Shown: in pieces, positions 17,770 to 25,539 of the stretch
Layout: each line of letters begins with the position of its first letter
Numbering within the stretch: the stretch's first letter is position 1
Source of the DNA: Vicinamibacteria bacterium
Lineage (GTDB): Bacteria > Acidobacteriota > Vicinamibacteria > Marinacidobacterales > Marinacidobacteraceae
Assembly: GCA_964291235.2 (NCBI GenBank)
Contig: OZ219816.1
Span: forward strand, 672,001-736,000
Direction of reading: 5' to 3'
Length of the DNA stretch: 64,000 nucleotides
The notes under the pieces: generated by a model
What the model saw: the letters and a program-made list of their open reading frames with translations, nothing else
What the model was told of the DNA's origin: nothing
Databases searched by the model: none
Made by a program: the position numbers and the translations under genes

Positions 17770-19062
17770 CTGACGGCTGAGGAGCGACTGCCGCGGGGTG
17801 CGGCAATCGTGGCGGTCGGCACCGAGCTCCTCGCGCCTGCCCGCATCGACCGCAACACCCCGCTCCTGAAGGAGCGACTCTCCGGCCTGGGAGTGCCCGT
17901 TCGTTTCGCGGCGGTGGTGCCCGATGACGAATCGGTGATGGAAGCGACCCTGCGGTCGGCGCTCGGCCATTGCCGCTTCGTATTCGTCTGCGGCGGCCTT
18001 GGTCCGACAACCGACGACGTGACGCGAGTCGTCGCCGCCCGCGTCCTGGGAGTCCGCCTGCTCGAGGATCCCGCTTCGCTCGCCCGGATCCGATCCCGGT
18101 TCCGGAGCCGGGGGATGGAGATGCCGGAAGTGAACCGCCGGCAGGCCCTGATCCCCGACGGAGCGACGGCGTTACCCAACCCGGCGGGAACCGCGCCGGG
18201 GGTCCTGGCGCGGGCGGCTCGCGGAGCCTGCCTGGTGCTTCTCCCGGGGCCGCCGTCGGAGTTGATCGCGATGTTCGATGCCGAGGTACGGTCACGGCTG
18301 AGGGGTGACATCGGGCCGGCGACGGGTGAGGTGCGCGAGACGGTGGGGGTCGCCGGATTGCCGGAATCCGTCCTGCAGGAGCGGATCCTCGACCTCACTC
18401 CGGCGCCCGAGGCGCCGGAAGAACTCGCGATTCTCGCCTCCGGTGGGGAAATCGAACTGCGCGTTACCGGCCCGGCGGGACGGCGGCTGGAAGTCGGGCG
18501 GCTGGCCGATCGGATTGCCGCGCGGTTGGGCGGCGCGGTCTTCAGCCGGAAGGCCGGGGAGCATCTCGAACACGCGGTGGGGAGACTGCTCGAGCGGCGC
18601 GGAGAGCGCGCCGCATTCGCGGAGTCGCTCACCGGGGGCCTGATCGCCGAACGGGTCACCCGGGTGCCCGGATCCTCGGCGTGGTTCGATCTGGGTGTAG
18701 TGGCGTATGCCAACGACGCAAAGCGGGATCTCCTCTCCGTCCCGGACCGCGCGCTGGAAACCGAGGGGGCGGTCAGCGAAGCGGTCGCGATGGCGATGGC
18801 GGACGGTGTCTGCCGTCGTTCCGGCAACGCCTGGGGCGTTGCCGTCACCGGGGTTGCCGGGCCCGGCGGAGGAAGTCCCGAGAAACCGGTCGGCCTGGTC
18901 TGGATCGCGGTCAGGGGGGCCGTTTCCCGCGCGAGGCGGTTTCGGTTTCCCGGGGACCGGTCGCTCGTGAGGCAACTCACCGCGACGGCGGCGCTCGACC
19001 TCCTGCGGTCTGCGATGCTCGAGTGCGAGACCGAGGCCCGCTCCGAGAGAGACGCGGGGTAG
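17770..19062 (+). CDS. cinA: CinA family competence/damage-inducible protein (MoCF + NMN deamidase domains); probable CTG start, first GTG at 17809
   Basis: AIVAVGTELL, GGLGPTTDDVT, NPAGTAPG, LPGPPSE, AESLTGG, GAVSEAVA and TGVAGPGGG motifs. Confidence 0.93.
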   Translation: MTAEERLPRGAAIVAVGTELLAPARIDRNTPLLKERLSGLGVPVRFAAVVPDDESVMEATLRSALGHCRFVFVCGGLGPTTDDVTRVVAARVLGVRLLEDPASLARIRSRFRSRGMEMPEVNRRQALIPDGATALPNPAGTAPGVLARAARGACLVLLPGPPSELIAMFDAEVRSRLRGDIGPATGEVRETVGVAGLPESVLQERILDLTPAPEAPEELAILASGGEIELRVTGPAGRRLEVGRLADRIAARLGGAVFSRKAGEHLEHAVGRLLERRGERAAFAESLTGGLIAERVTRVPGSSAWFDLGVVAYANDAKRDLLSVPDRALETEGAVSEAVAMAMADGVCRRSGNAWGVAVTGVAGPGGGSPEKPVGLVWIAVRGAVSRARRFRFPGDRSLVRQLTATAALDLLRSAMLECETEARSERDAG

Positions 19063-19679
19063 TGGCTCCGCCGCCACGGCTCTTCGCGGCGCTATCGCTC
19101 CCGGACCCGCTCCGCCAGGAGTTCTTTCTCGCTTCGGACGCCATCGCCCGCTTGTTTCCGGCCGCCGTATTTCGCCGGGTCCCTCCCGGCAACCTGCATC
19201 TCACCCTGCGCTTTTTCGGTCCGGAGACGGGTCTGGTGGACCGCGCGCGTCTTGGGGCTCGCCTCAGAGCACGCCTGGCGACCGCCGGCCTCGGGCCTCT
19301 GGCCCTGAGAGCCTCCGAGGTCTCTGCCTTTGCGTCGCCGCGCCGAGCCCGGGTCATCTGGGTGCGGATCGAGGAGGTCGGGTCTCCCGAAGACGCCTCC
19401 GGGCGCCTGCTGCCCCTCCAGCGGGAGGTGGAAGCGGTGGCCCGGGACCTTGGCCTGGTTCAGGAGCGACGCCCTTTTGTCCCTCACGTGACGCTCGGAC
19501 GGCTCCGCACGCCGCTGGCGGTTCCCGTCGAGGCCCTCGCCGCGGCCCGGTCCGGTGCATCCGAATCCGCCTGGGCAGCTGCGTTCACCGTCCGGGAACT
19601 GGTGCTGTTCGCCAGCGTTCTCACCCCGGGCGGGGCGATCTACGAACCTCTCGACCGATTCTCGCTGGAAGCGGGCTGA
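19062..19679 (+). CDS. thpR: RNA 2',3'-cyclic phosphodiesterase (2H phosphoesterase)
   Basis: RLFAAL, two HxT motifs (NLHLTLRF, FVPHVTLGR), GAIYE; GTG overlaps the cinA TAG. Confidence 0.9.
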   Translation: MAPPPRLFAALSLPDPLRQEFFLASDAIARLFPAAVFRRVPPGNLHLTLRFFGPETGLVDRARLGARLRARLATAGLGPLALRASEVSAFASPRRARVIWVRIEEVGSPEDASGRLLPLQREVEAVARDLGLVQERRPFVPHVTLGRLRTPLAVPVEALAAARSGASESAWAAAFTVRELVLFASVLTPGGAIYEPLDRFSLEAG

Positions 19680-19687
19680 GCCGTCGC

Positions 19688-19766
19688 TAACAGCCTTGTG
19701 GTGAACCCCCGCGAGCTCGAGCCCCACCGGGAGCACCGGGGCGTGGGGATCTGCCACGGGCTGTTC
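19688..19766. mobile_element. Short (~80 bp), degenerate MITE family A copy between convergent thpR and ribD
   Basis: TAACAGCCTTGTGGTGAACCCCCGCG...CGTGGGGATCTGCCACGGGCTGTT; the internal CCCCACCGGGAGCACCGGG matches the reverse complement of the 54466 copy. Confidence 0.6.
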
Positions 19767-19768
19767 GT

Positions 19769-20926
19769 TCACGGGCCGCTGTCTTCCTCGGGCCCGGCGC
19801 TTTGCAGCCGGAACTCCGCGAGCAGGTCGGGGCCGAGACAGGCGTACCGCGCCGAGCGGTGGTCGGGCTGGGTCCGCGGCAGCTCCCGATGTTGCCCGGC
19901 CGGGGCCCGGGTCGCGTCGAAGAGTCCGGTGCCCTCGGCGCGGCCCAGAAAACGGGGCGCCAGGTAGAGCACCAGGCGATCGGCCAATCCCTGTTGCAGG
20001 AAGGCCGAGGTCAGCCGGGGTCCTGCCTCCACCAGGAGGGTGTGCGCACCGCGCCGGCCCACCTGCGCCAACACCGCTTCGAGCGCCATCGGCTGCATCA
20101 CGCCGTCCGCCGGCGCGGCGCCGCTACTGGCGACCGGAACCTCGATGACCTCGGCGCCCCGGCTCTCGATCCGCCGGCGGGCCCCCGCGGGAGCTCCGGG
20201 CGCGCACATCACGATCACCGGGTCCCGGTCGAGGCCGCGCAGGAGGCGCGCCTCGGGACGGATTCTGAGGCTTGGATCCAGGATCACCCGCAGCAGGGAG
20301 CGCGACCCGCGCCGGGGTCTGGGGGTGAGGAGCGGATCGTCCGCCGCCACGGTGGCGATGCCGCTGAGGATGGCGTCGTTTTCCCGGCGCAGCACCCTGC
20401 CGTGTTTACGGGTGCGCGAGCGGGTGATCCAGCGGGTGCCCGGCGGGGCCATCACCCCGTCCACGGAAATCGCGGCCTTCACCGTCACCCAGGGAGTCCC
20501 GGTGCGGAGGAATTTGAAGAACGACGGATTCAGGTCCTCCGCTTCCTGGCGGAGAATGTCCGTCACCACCTCGACGCCCGCGGCGCGGAGGCGATCGAAC
20601 CCTCCGCCACGCACTCTCGGGTCGGGGTCCGGATGGGCCGCTACGACCCGGCGGATGCCCGAAGCGATGATCCTTTCGGCGCACGGCGGGGTGCGCCCTA
20701 CGTGGCAGCAGGGCTCGAGATTCACGTAGAGCGTGGCGCCGCGCGCGGCGTTCCCCACCTTGAGCACCTGCGCTTCCGCGTGCGGGCGTCCGGCGCGTGC
20801 GTGGAATCCTTCGGCGAGAACTCGCCCGTCGCGGACCAGCACCGCGCCCACCGCCGGGTTGGGCGGCGCCGTGTACTGGCCCAGCCGGGCGAGCTCCAGC
20901 GCCCGCCGCATGAAGCGATCGTCCAC
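19769..20926 (-). CDS. ribD: Bifunctional riboflavin deaminase/reductase RibD
   Basis: DDRFMRRALELA...PNPAVGAVLV, HAE, LEPCCHVGRTPPC, ADDPLLT and LLVEAG motifs. Confidence 0.95.
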   Translation of the reverse strand: MDDRFMRRALELARLGQYTAPPNPAVGAVLVRDGRVLAEGFHARAGRPHAEAQVLKVGNAARGATLYVNLEPCCHVGRTPPCAERIIASGIRRVVAAHPDPDPRVRGGGFDRLRAAGVEVVTDILRQEAEDLNPSFFKFLRTGTPWVTVKAAISVDGVMAPPGTRWITRSRTRKHGRVLRRENDAILSGIATVAADDPLLTPRPRRGSRSLLRVILDPSLRIRPEARLLRGLDRDPVIVMCAPGAPAGARRRIESRGAEVIEVPVASSGAAPADGVMQPMALEAVLAQVGRRGAHTLLVEAGPRLTSAFLQQGLADRLVLYLAPRFLGRAEGTGLFDATRAPAGQHRELPRTQPDHRSARYACLGPDLLAEFRLQSAGPEEDSGP

Positions 20927-20986
20927 GGTGTGGATCGTATGGGCTCGCTTGCGCACGGTGCACGGATCGGACAATCTCCCCGCCGC

Positions 20987-21616
20987 ATGTTCACCGGTTT
21001 GGTCGTCGCCGTCGGAGACGTGCTGGAGGTGCGGGATCTCGACGGCGGGCGGCGCCTCACCGTCGGGCTTTCCGGCGAGTGCTTCGCCACGCTCGCGGTC
21101 GGCGACAGCGTCGCGGTGTCGGGAACCTGTCTCACCGCAGTGGCGGTGCGACCCGAGTCCGTCTCCTTCGAGGTCGCGGCGGAGACCCTCTCGCTGACGA
21201 CCCTGGGCGCGCTCCGGCCCCGAGGCCGGGTCAATCTGGAGTTGCCCCTGCGCGCCGCCGACCGGCTCGGCGGGCACTTCGTCCAGGGCCACGTGGACGG
21301 TTGCGGCGAGGTGATCGAGGCCGGCGGCTCCGACGCCGACTATCGGGTGCGGATCCGGCACCGCGAGCCTCGCTGGATCGTCCGCAAGGGTTCGGTCGCG
21401 ATCGACGGGGTCAGCCTGACGGTGTCCGCCTGCTCCCCGGCCGAGGCGTGCTTCGAAGTCATGCTGATTCCTCACACGCGCGCCGTGACCACCCTTGGCG
21501 CGCTCCGGCAGGGAGATCGCGTCAATCTCGAGTACGACATCCTCGCCAAATACGTTGGGGCCCTCGTTCAGAGCCCCGCCGGCGAGCCGGGAGGAACGGC
21601 GGGGGACGGAGGCTAG
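20987..21616 (+). CDS. ribE: Riboflavin synthase (alpha chain)
   Basis: N-terminal MFTGLV, GDSVAVSGTCLT, LGGHFVQGHVDG, KGSVAIDGVSLTV and VNLEYDILAKY motifs. Confidence 0.96.
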   Translation: MFTGLVVAVGDVLEVRDLDGGRRLTVGLSGECFATLAVGDSVAVSGTCLTAVAVRPESVSFEVAAETLSLTTLGALRPRGRVNLELPLRAADRLGGHFVQGHVDGCGEVIEAGGSDADYRVRIRHREPRWIVRKGSVAIDGVSLTVSACSPAEACFEVMLIPHTRAVTTLGALRQGDRVNLEYDILAKYVGALVQSPAGEPGGTAGDGG

Positions 21617-21623
21617 ACCAGGG

Positions 21624-22000
21624 CTAGACGGGATTTCTCATACGCACGGCCCAAGGTGCCGCGCAGATCACGCCGCTTGTCGCCACTCGCACTCGCGGGC
21701 CGAAGGCAAAGGAACCCCCACCGGGAGAACTGGGCCGGCCTCCAGGCCGGCACAGCCCCGCGCAGCGGGGCGGCGGAACGGACCCGCGCGCTCGCGGATG
21801 TTCCCCGTCTCGGAGTAGTCCCCGACAGGGAAGATGTCGTGCAGGCCCAGGGACCGCCTGCCGATTCTCCCGGTACGGGCCTCTGACCGGCATCGCGGTC
21901 CGCGGGCGGTTCCTTGCCGATCGGCTTCACGGGATGCACGCCACGAGTGGCCTCTGCCTGCGTCGCCCTCGGTGCCGTGAGTATGAGAAACCCCGGCTAG
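21624..22000. mobile_element. MITE-like element, family B (377 bp, CTAG-bounded 27-bp imperfect TIRs)
   Basis: Left end CTAGACGGGATTTCTCATACGCACGGC versus reverse complement of right end CTAGCCGGGGTTTCTCATACTCACGGC (3 mismatches). Non-coding; internal modules are shared with 31788-32115 and 53730-53951. Confidence 0.7.
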
Positions 22001-22076
22001 ACTGCAGGCCCAGGGACCCCTTCTCGAGTCGGATCTGAAAGGGGCTCCCGGGGCCCGACGAACGAGGTGTTTCCGA

Positions 22077-23306
22077 GTGGCTGACAGGGCAAAGAGCGAA
22101 TCCACGCCGTTTTGGCCGATTGAGAGGGCCGTTCGCGAGATTGCCGCGGGACGGATGGTCATCGTGGTGGACGACGAGGACCGCGAGAACGAGGGTGACC
22201 TGACCATTGCGGCCGAAAAGGTCACCCCCGACGCCATCAATTTCATGGCCACGCACGGGCGCGGTCTCATCTGCATGCCGATGACCGGAGAGCGGCTGGA
22301 CGAGCTCGACATTCCGCCCATGGTCCGCGAGAACACCTCGGTCCACGAGACGGCGTTTTGTGTCTCGGTCGAAGCCCGGGAAGGGGTCACCACCGGTATT
22401 TCGGCCGCCGACCGGGCCCACACGATCCAGGTAGCGATCGCCGGGGAGACGCGGCCGGCCGACCTGGTGCGGCCCGGCCACGTGTTCCCCCTCCGTGCCC
22501 GTCCCGGCGGCGTGCTGCAGCGGGCCGGCCAGACCGAGGCCGGAGTGGATCTCGCGCGCATCGCCGGGCTGTATCCGGCGGCGGTGATCTGCGAGGTGAT
22601 GAAGGAAGACGGGACGATGGCGCGGCTTTCGGACCTGGTGGCGTTCGCGGAAGAGCACGGCATGGCCATCGTGAGCGTTGCCGATCTCATCCGCTATCGG
22701 CTCAGCACCGAGTCGTTGGTCCGCCGGCTGGCGGCGACCGTGCTGCCCACGCGTTTCGGCGCGTTCCGGACGGTCGCTTACGAGAACACCCTCGACGGAA
22801 CCAAGCATCTGGTGCTGCAGATGGGAGAGGCCCGCCCGAATACCCCGGTGCTGGTGCGGGTGCATAGCCAGTGCCTCACCGGTGAAGTCTTCGGCTCCAT
22901 GCGGTGCGACTGCGGACCGCAACTGGAGGCGGCCCTTGCCCGGATCGGAGAAGAAGGCTCCGGAATCCTGCTCTACCTGAACCAGGAGGGAAGGGGCATC
23001 GGCCTCGTCAACAAGCTGCGCGCCTATGCCGCGCAGGACGAGGGGCTCGACACCGTCGATGCGAATACCCACCTCGGATTCCGCGCGGACCAGCGGGAAT
23101 ATGGAGTCGGCGCGCAGATCCTTCGCGATCTCGGAGTGGGCCGCATCCGGCTGCTCACCAACAACCCCAGGAAGTTCGTCGCTCTCGAGGCGCACGGCCT
23201 AGTCATCGAGGAGCGGGTTTCCATCGAGGTTCCGGCGAACGAGCACTCCCGCGACTACCTGCGTACGAAGAAAAAACGGATGGGGCACCTCCTTACCGAG
23301 GTCTAG
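22077..23306 (+). CDS. ribBA: Bifunctional DHBP synthase / GTP cyclohydrolase II
   Basis: [39 protein letters not shown]...[13 protein letters not shown] and LLTNNP motifs. Confidence 0.97.
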   Translation: MADRAKSESTPFWPIERAVREIAAGRMVIVVDDEDRENEGDLTIAAEKVTPDAINFMATHGRGLICMPMTGERLDELDIPPMVRENTSVHETAFCVSVEAREGVTTGISAADRAHTIQVAIAGETRPADLVRPGHVFPLRARPGGVLQRAGQTEAGVDLARIAGLYPAAVICEVMKEDGTMARLSDLVAFAEEHGMAIVSVADLIRYRLSTESLVRRLAATVLPTRFGAFRTVAYENTLDGTKHLVLQMGEARPNTPVLVRVHSQCLTGEVFGSMRCDCGPQLEAALARIGEEGSGILLYLNQEGRGIGLVNKLRAYAAQDEGLDTVDANTHLGFRADQREYGVGAQILRDLGVGRIRLLTNNPRKFVALEAHGLVIEERVSIEVPANEHSRDYLRTKKKRMGHLLTEV

Positions 23307-23323
23307 GAAGGCGGGCTTCGCCC

Positions 23324-23899
23324 GGAGCGCCGGCCTCCGGCCGGCATCGCGGCCGGAGGCCGCGAAACTCCCAGACCCAGTCACTCCCGATGGCGGCAAC
23401 CCAAGCGAGGACGGCACGCCGTTCCCCAGCCGCACGAATGGCGCTGCGCCGTACTGCCGGGCTGCGGCGCCGCCCTGAACGAACAGGTGGGGGAGTTTCG
23501 CCTCGCTTCGCTCGGCGATGCCAGCCTGGAGGCTGGCGCTCCTGGCCGCGAAACTCCCAGACTCAGTCACCCCCGATGGCGGCAACCCAAGCGAGGACGG
23601 CACGCCGCTTCCCGGCCGCACGAATGGCGCTGCGCCGTACTGCCGGGCTGCGGCGCCGCCCTGAACGAACAGGTGGGGGAGTTTCGCCTCGCTTCGCTCG
23701 GCGATGCCAGCCTGGAGGCTGGCGCTCCTGGCCGCGAAACTCCCAGACCCAGTCACCCCCGATGGCGGCAACCCAAGCGAGGACGGCACGCCGCTTCCCG
23801 GCCGCACGAATGGCGCTGCGCCGTACCGTCGGGCTGCGGCGCCACCCTGAACGAACAGGTGGGGGAGTTTCGCCTCGCTTTACTCGGCGATGCCGGCCT
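23324..23899. repeat. REPIN-like array: leading REP-like palindrome plus 3 tandem 186-bp units
   Basis: Units start at 23358, 23544 and 23730. Each has inverted GCGAAACTCCC/GGGAGTTTCGC arms. Units 1 and 2 end in TGCCAGCCTGGAGGCTGGCGCTCC; unit 3 is truncated within it. Confidence 0.9.
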
Positions 23900-23953
23900 C
23901 CGTGCCCCCTTGGTACGATTCCCGCTGTCCCAACCCACCGAAGGGAGTGATTC

Positions 23954-24526
23954 TTGGCCAACACCTACTCGACGAACGAGTTCCGCAGCGGACTCAAGGT
24001 CCTTCTCGATTCCGACCCCTGCGTCCTGCTGGACTGCGAGTTCGTAAAGCCCGGCAAGGGCCAGGCGTTTGCCCGGATTCGCTACCGGAATCTCAAGACC
24101 GGCCGGGTCCTCGACAAGACCTTCAAGTCAGGCGAAAAGGTGGAAGCCGCCGACGTGATGGATACCGAGATGGAGTTCCTCTACAGCGACGGCGGAGAGT
24201 GGCATTTCATGGACCCGAATACCTACGAGCAGTACGCGGCCGCCCGCGTGGTGCTGGGCGGCCAGGAAAAGTGGCTGCTCCAGGGCATGAACTGCGGCGT
24301 CACGCTCTACAACGACGCCATCCTGCTGGTTCATCCGCCGCACTTCGTTGACCTCAAGGTGGTGGAGACCGAACCCGGGATCCGGGGCGACACCGCGACG
24401 GGCGGCTCCAAGAACGCCTCGCTGGAAACCGGCGCCGTGGTCAGGGTCCCCCTCTTCATCGAGGCCGGCGAGGTGCTTCGCCTCGACACCCGTTCCGGCG
24501 AGTACGTGTCCCGGGTCAAGAACTGA
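23954..24526 (+). CDS. efp: Elongation factor P (Lys34-type loop KPGKG)
   Basis: [33 protein letters not shown] and [10 protein letters not shown] motifs. Confidence 0.98.
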   Translation: MANTYSTNEFRSGLKVLLDSDPCVLLDCEFVKPGKGQAFARIRYRNLKTGRVLDKTFKSGEKVEAADVMDTEMEFLYSDGGEWHFMDPNTYEQYAAARVVLGGQEKWLLQGMNCGVTLYNDAILLVHPPHFVDLKVVETEPGIRGDTATGGSKNASLETGAVVRVPLFIEAGEVLRLDTRSGEYVSRVKN

Positions 24527-25470
24527 GCGAGACCGTCAGCGGCGGTGGGGGGCCCTCGGCGCCCGTCGCCAACCTTCGGGAGCGCGCCCGGCTGGTGGCC
24601 CGTCTGCGGGCCTTCTTGGGCGCCCGCGGCTATCTGGAGGTCGAGACCCCCATCCTCGGGCCCCATGCGGCCCCTGATCGCCATCTGGAGTCCGTCCCCG
24701 CGGCCGGCGGCTTTCTCCACACATCGCCGGAATTCGGCATGAAACGCCTGCTGGCGGCCGGCAGCGGCCCCATCTTCCAGATCGTGAAGGCATTTCGGAG
24801 CGGCGAATCGGGGCGCCATCACGCCACCGAGTTCACCATTGCCGAGTGGTACCGCCTCGGCCCGCTGGACGGCCTGCTGGGGGAAATGGATCTGCTCCTT
24901 GGGGATCTCCTCGGAACCCGGCCGGCGGAGCGCAAGACGTATCGGGAGCTGTTTTTGGCTGCCGTCGGAGTGGATCCCCTGTCGGCGCCCGACGCGCGTC
25001 TCGGAACGCTGGCCGAGGCACACGGCCACCCGGGCCGCCCCGACGACCGGGCCGGCGCGCTCGATTTTCTCTTCTCGCGCCTGGTCGAGCCAGGCCTTGG
25101 GGTCCGGGCGCCCACCATCGTGACCCGCTTCCCGGCGTCGCTGGCGGCGCTCGCCCGCCTGAGCGACGACGATCCGCGAACGGCGGAACGCTTCGAGGTG
25201 TTCTGGGCCGGCCTCGAACTCGCGAACGGCTACGACGAGCTTCGGGATCCGAAGGAGCATCGCCGCCGTTTCGACGTCGAAAACCGCGCCCGGGTCAGGT
25301 CGGGACGATCCCCGGCCGCCCCGGACGAGCGTTTCCTGGCCGCGCTCGACGACCCGGGACTGCCGCGCTGCTCCGGGGTCGCCCTCGGGGTGGATCGCCT
25401 CGTCATGGCCGCGCTGGGGGCGGCGCGGCTCGATGAGGTGGTCGCGTTCCGGGAAAACCCAGGCGCCTGA
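24523..25470 (+). CDS. epmA: EF-P lysine aminoacylase EpmA/GenX (probable CTG start overlapping the efp stop)
   Basis: [55 protein letters not shown] and [14 protein letters not shown] motifs; adjacent to efp. Confidence 0.95.
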   Translation: MSETVSGGGGPSAPVANLRERARLVARLRAFLGARGYLEVETPILGPHAAPDRHLESVPAAGGFLHTSPEFGMKRLLAAGSGPIFQIVKAFRSGESGRHHATEFTIAEWYRLGPLDGLLGEMDLLLGDLLGTRPAERKTYRELFLAAVGVDPLSAPDARLGTLAEAHGHPGRPDDRAGALDFLFSRLVEPGLGVRAPTIVTRFPASLAALARLSDDDPRTAERFEVFWAGLELANGYDELRDPKEHRRRFDVENRARVRSGRSPAAPDERFLAALDDPGLPRCSGVALGVDRLVMAALGAARLDEVVAFRENPGA

Positions 25471-25539
25471 CCCCTCGTACTCGGCTGTCCCGCTGCCGCC
25501 CGGTACACTGACCGGCTCTTTCCCGGAGGGAACCTTTTG

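Noticed and set aside
19769-21616. Apparent long overlapping RibD (568 aa) and RibE (604 aa) ORFs
   Set aside because: Family N-termini (DDRFMRRAL, MFTGL) place the starts at 20926 and 20987; the extensions are antisense read-through.
21617-22076. FMN riboswitch upstream of ribBA
   Set aside because: No AGGGCGGGG...AAATTCCCGACCG-type RFN motifs; the region is explained by MITE B.
22904-24047. ORFs with 62-aa repeats in several frames
   Set aside because: By-product of the 186-bp (multiple of 3) non-coding array; a diverged homolog at 28724 is intergenic.
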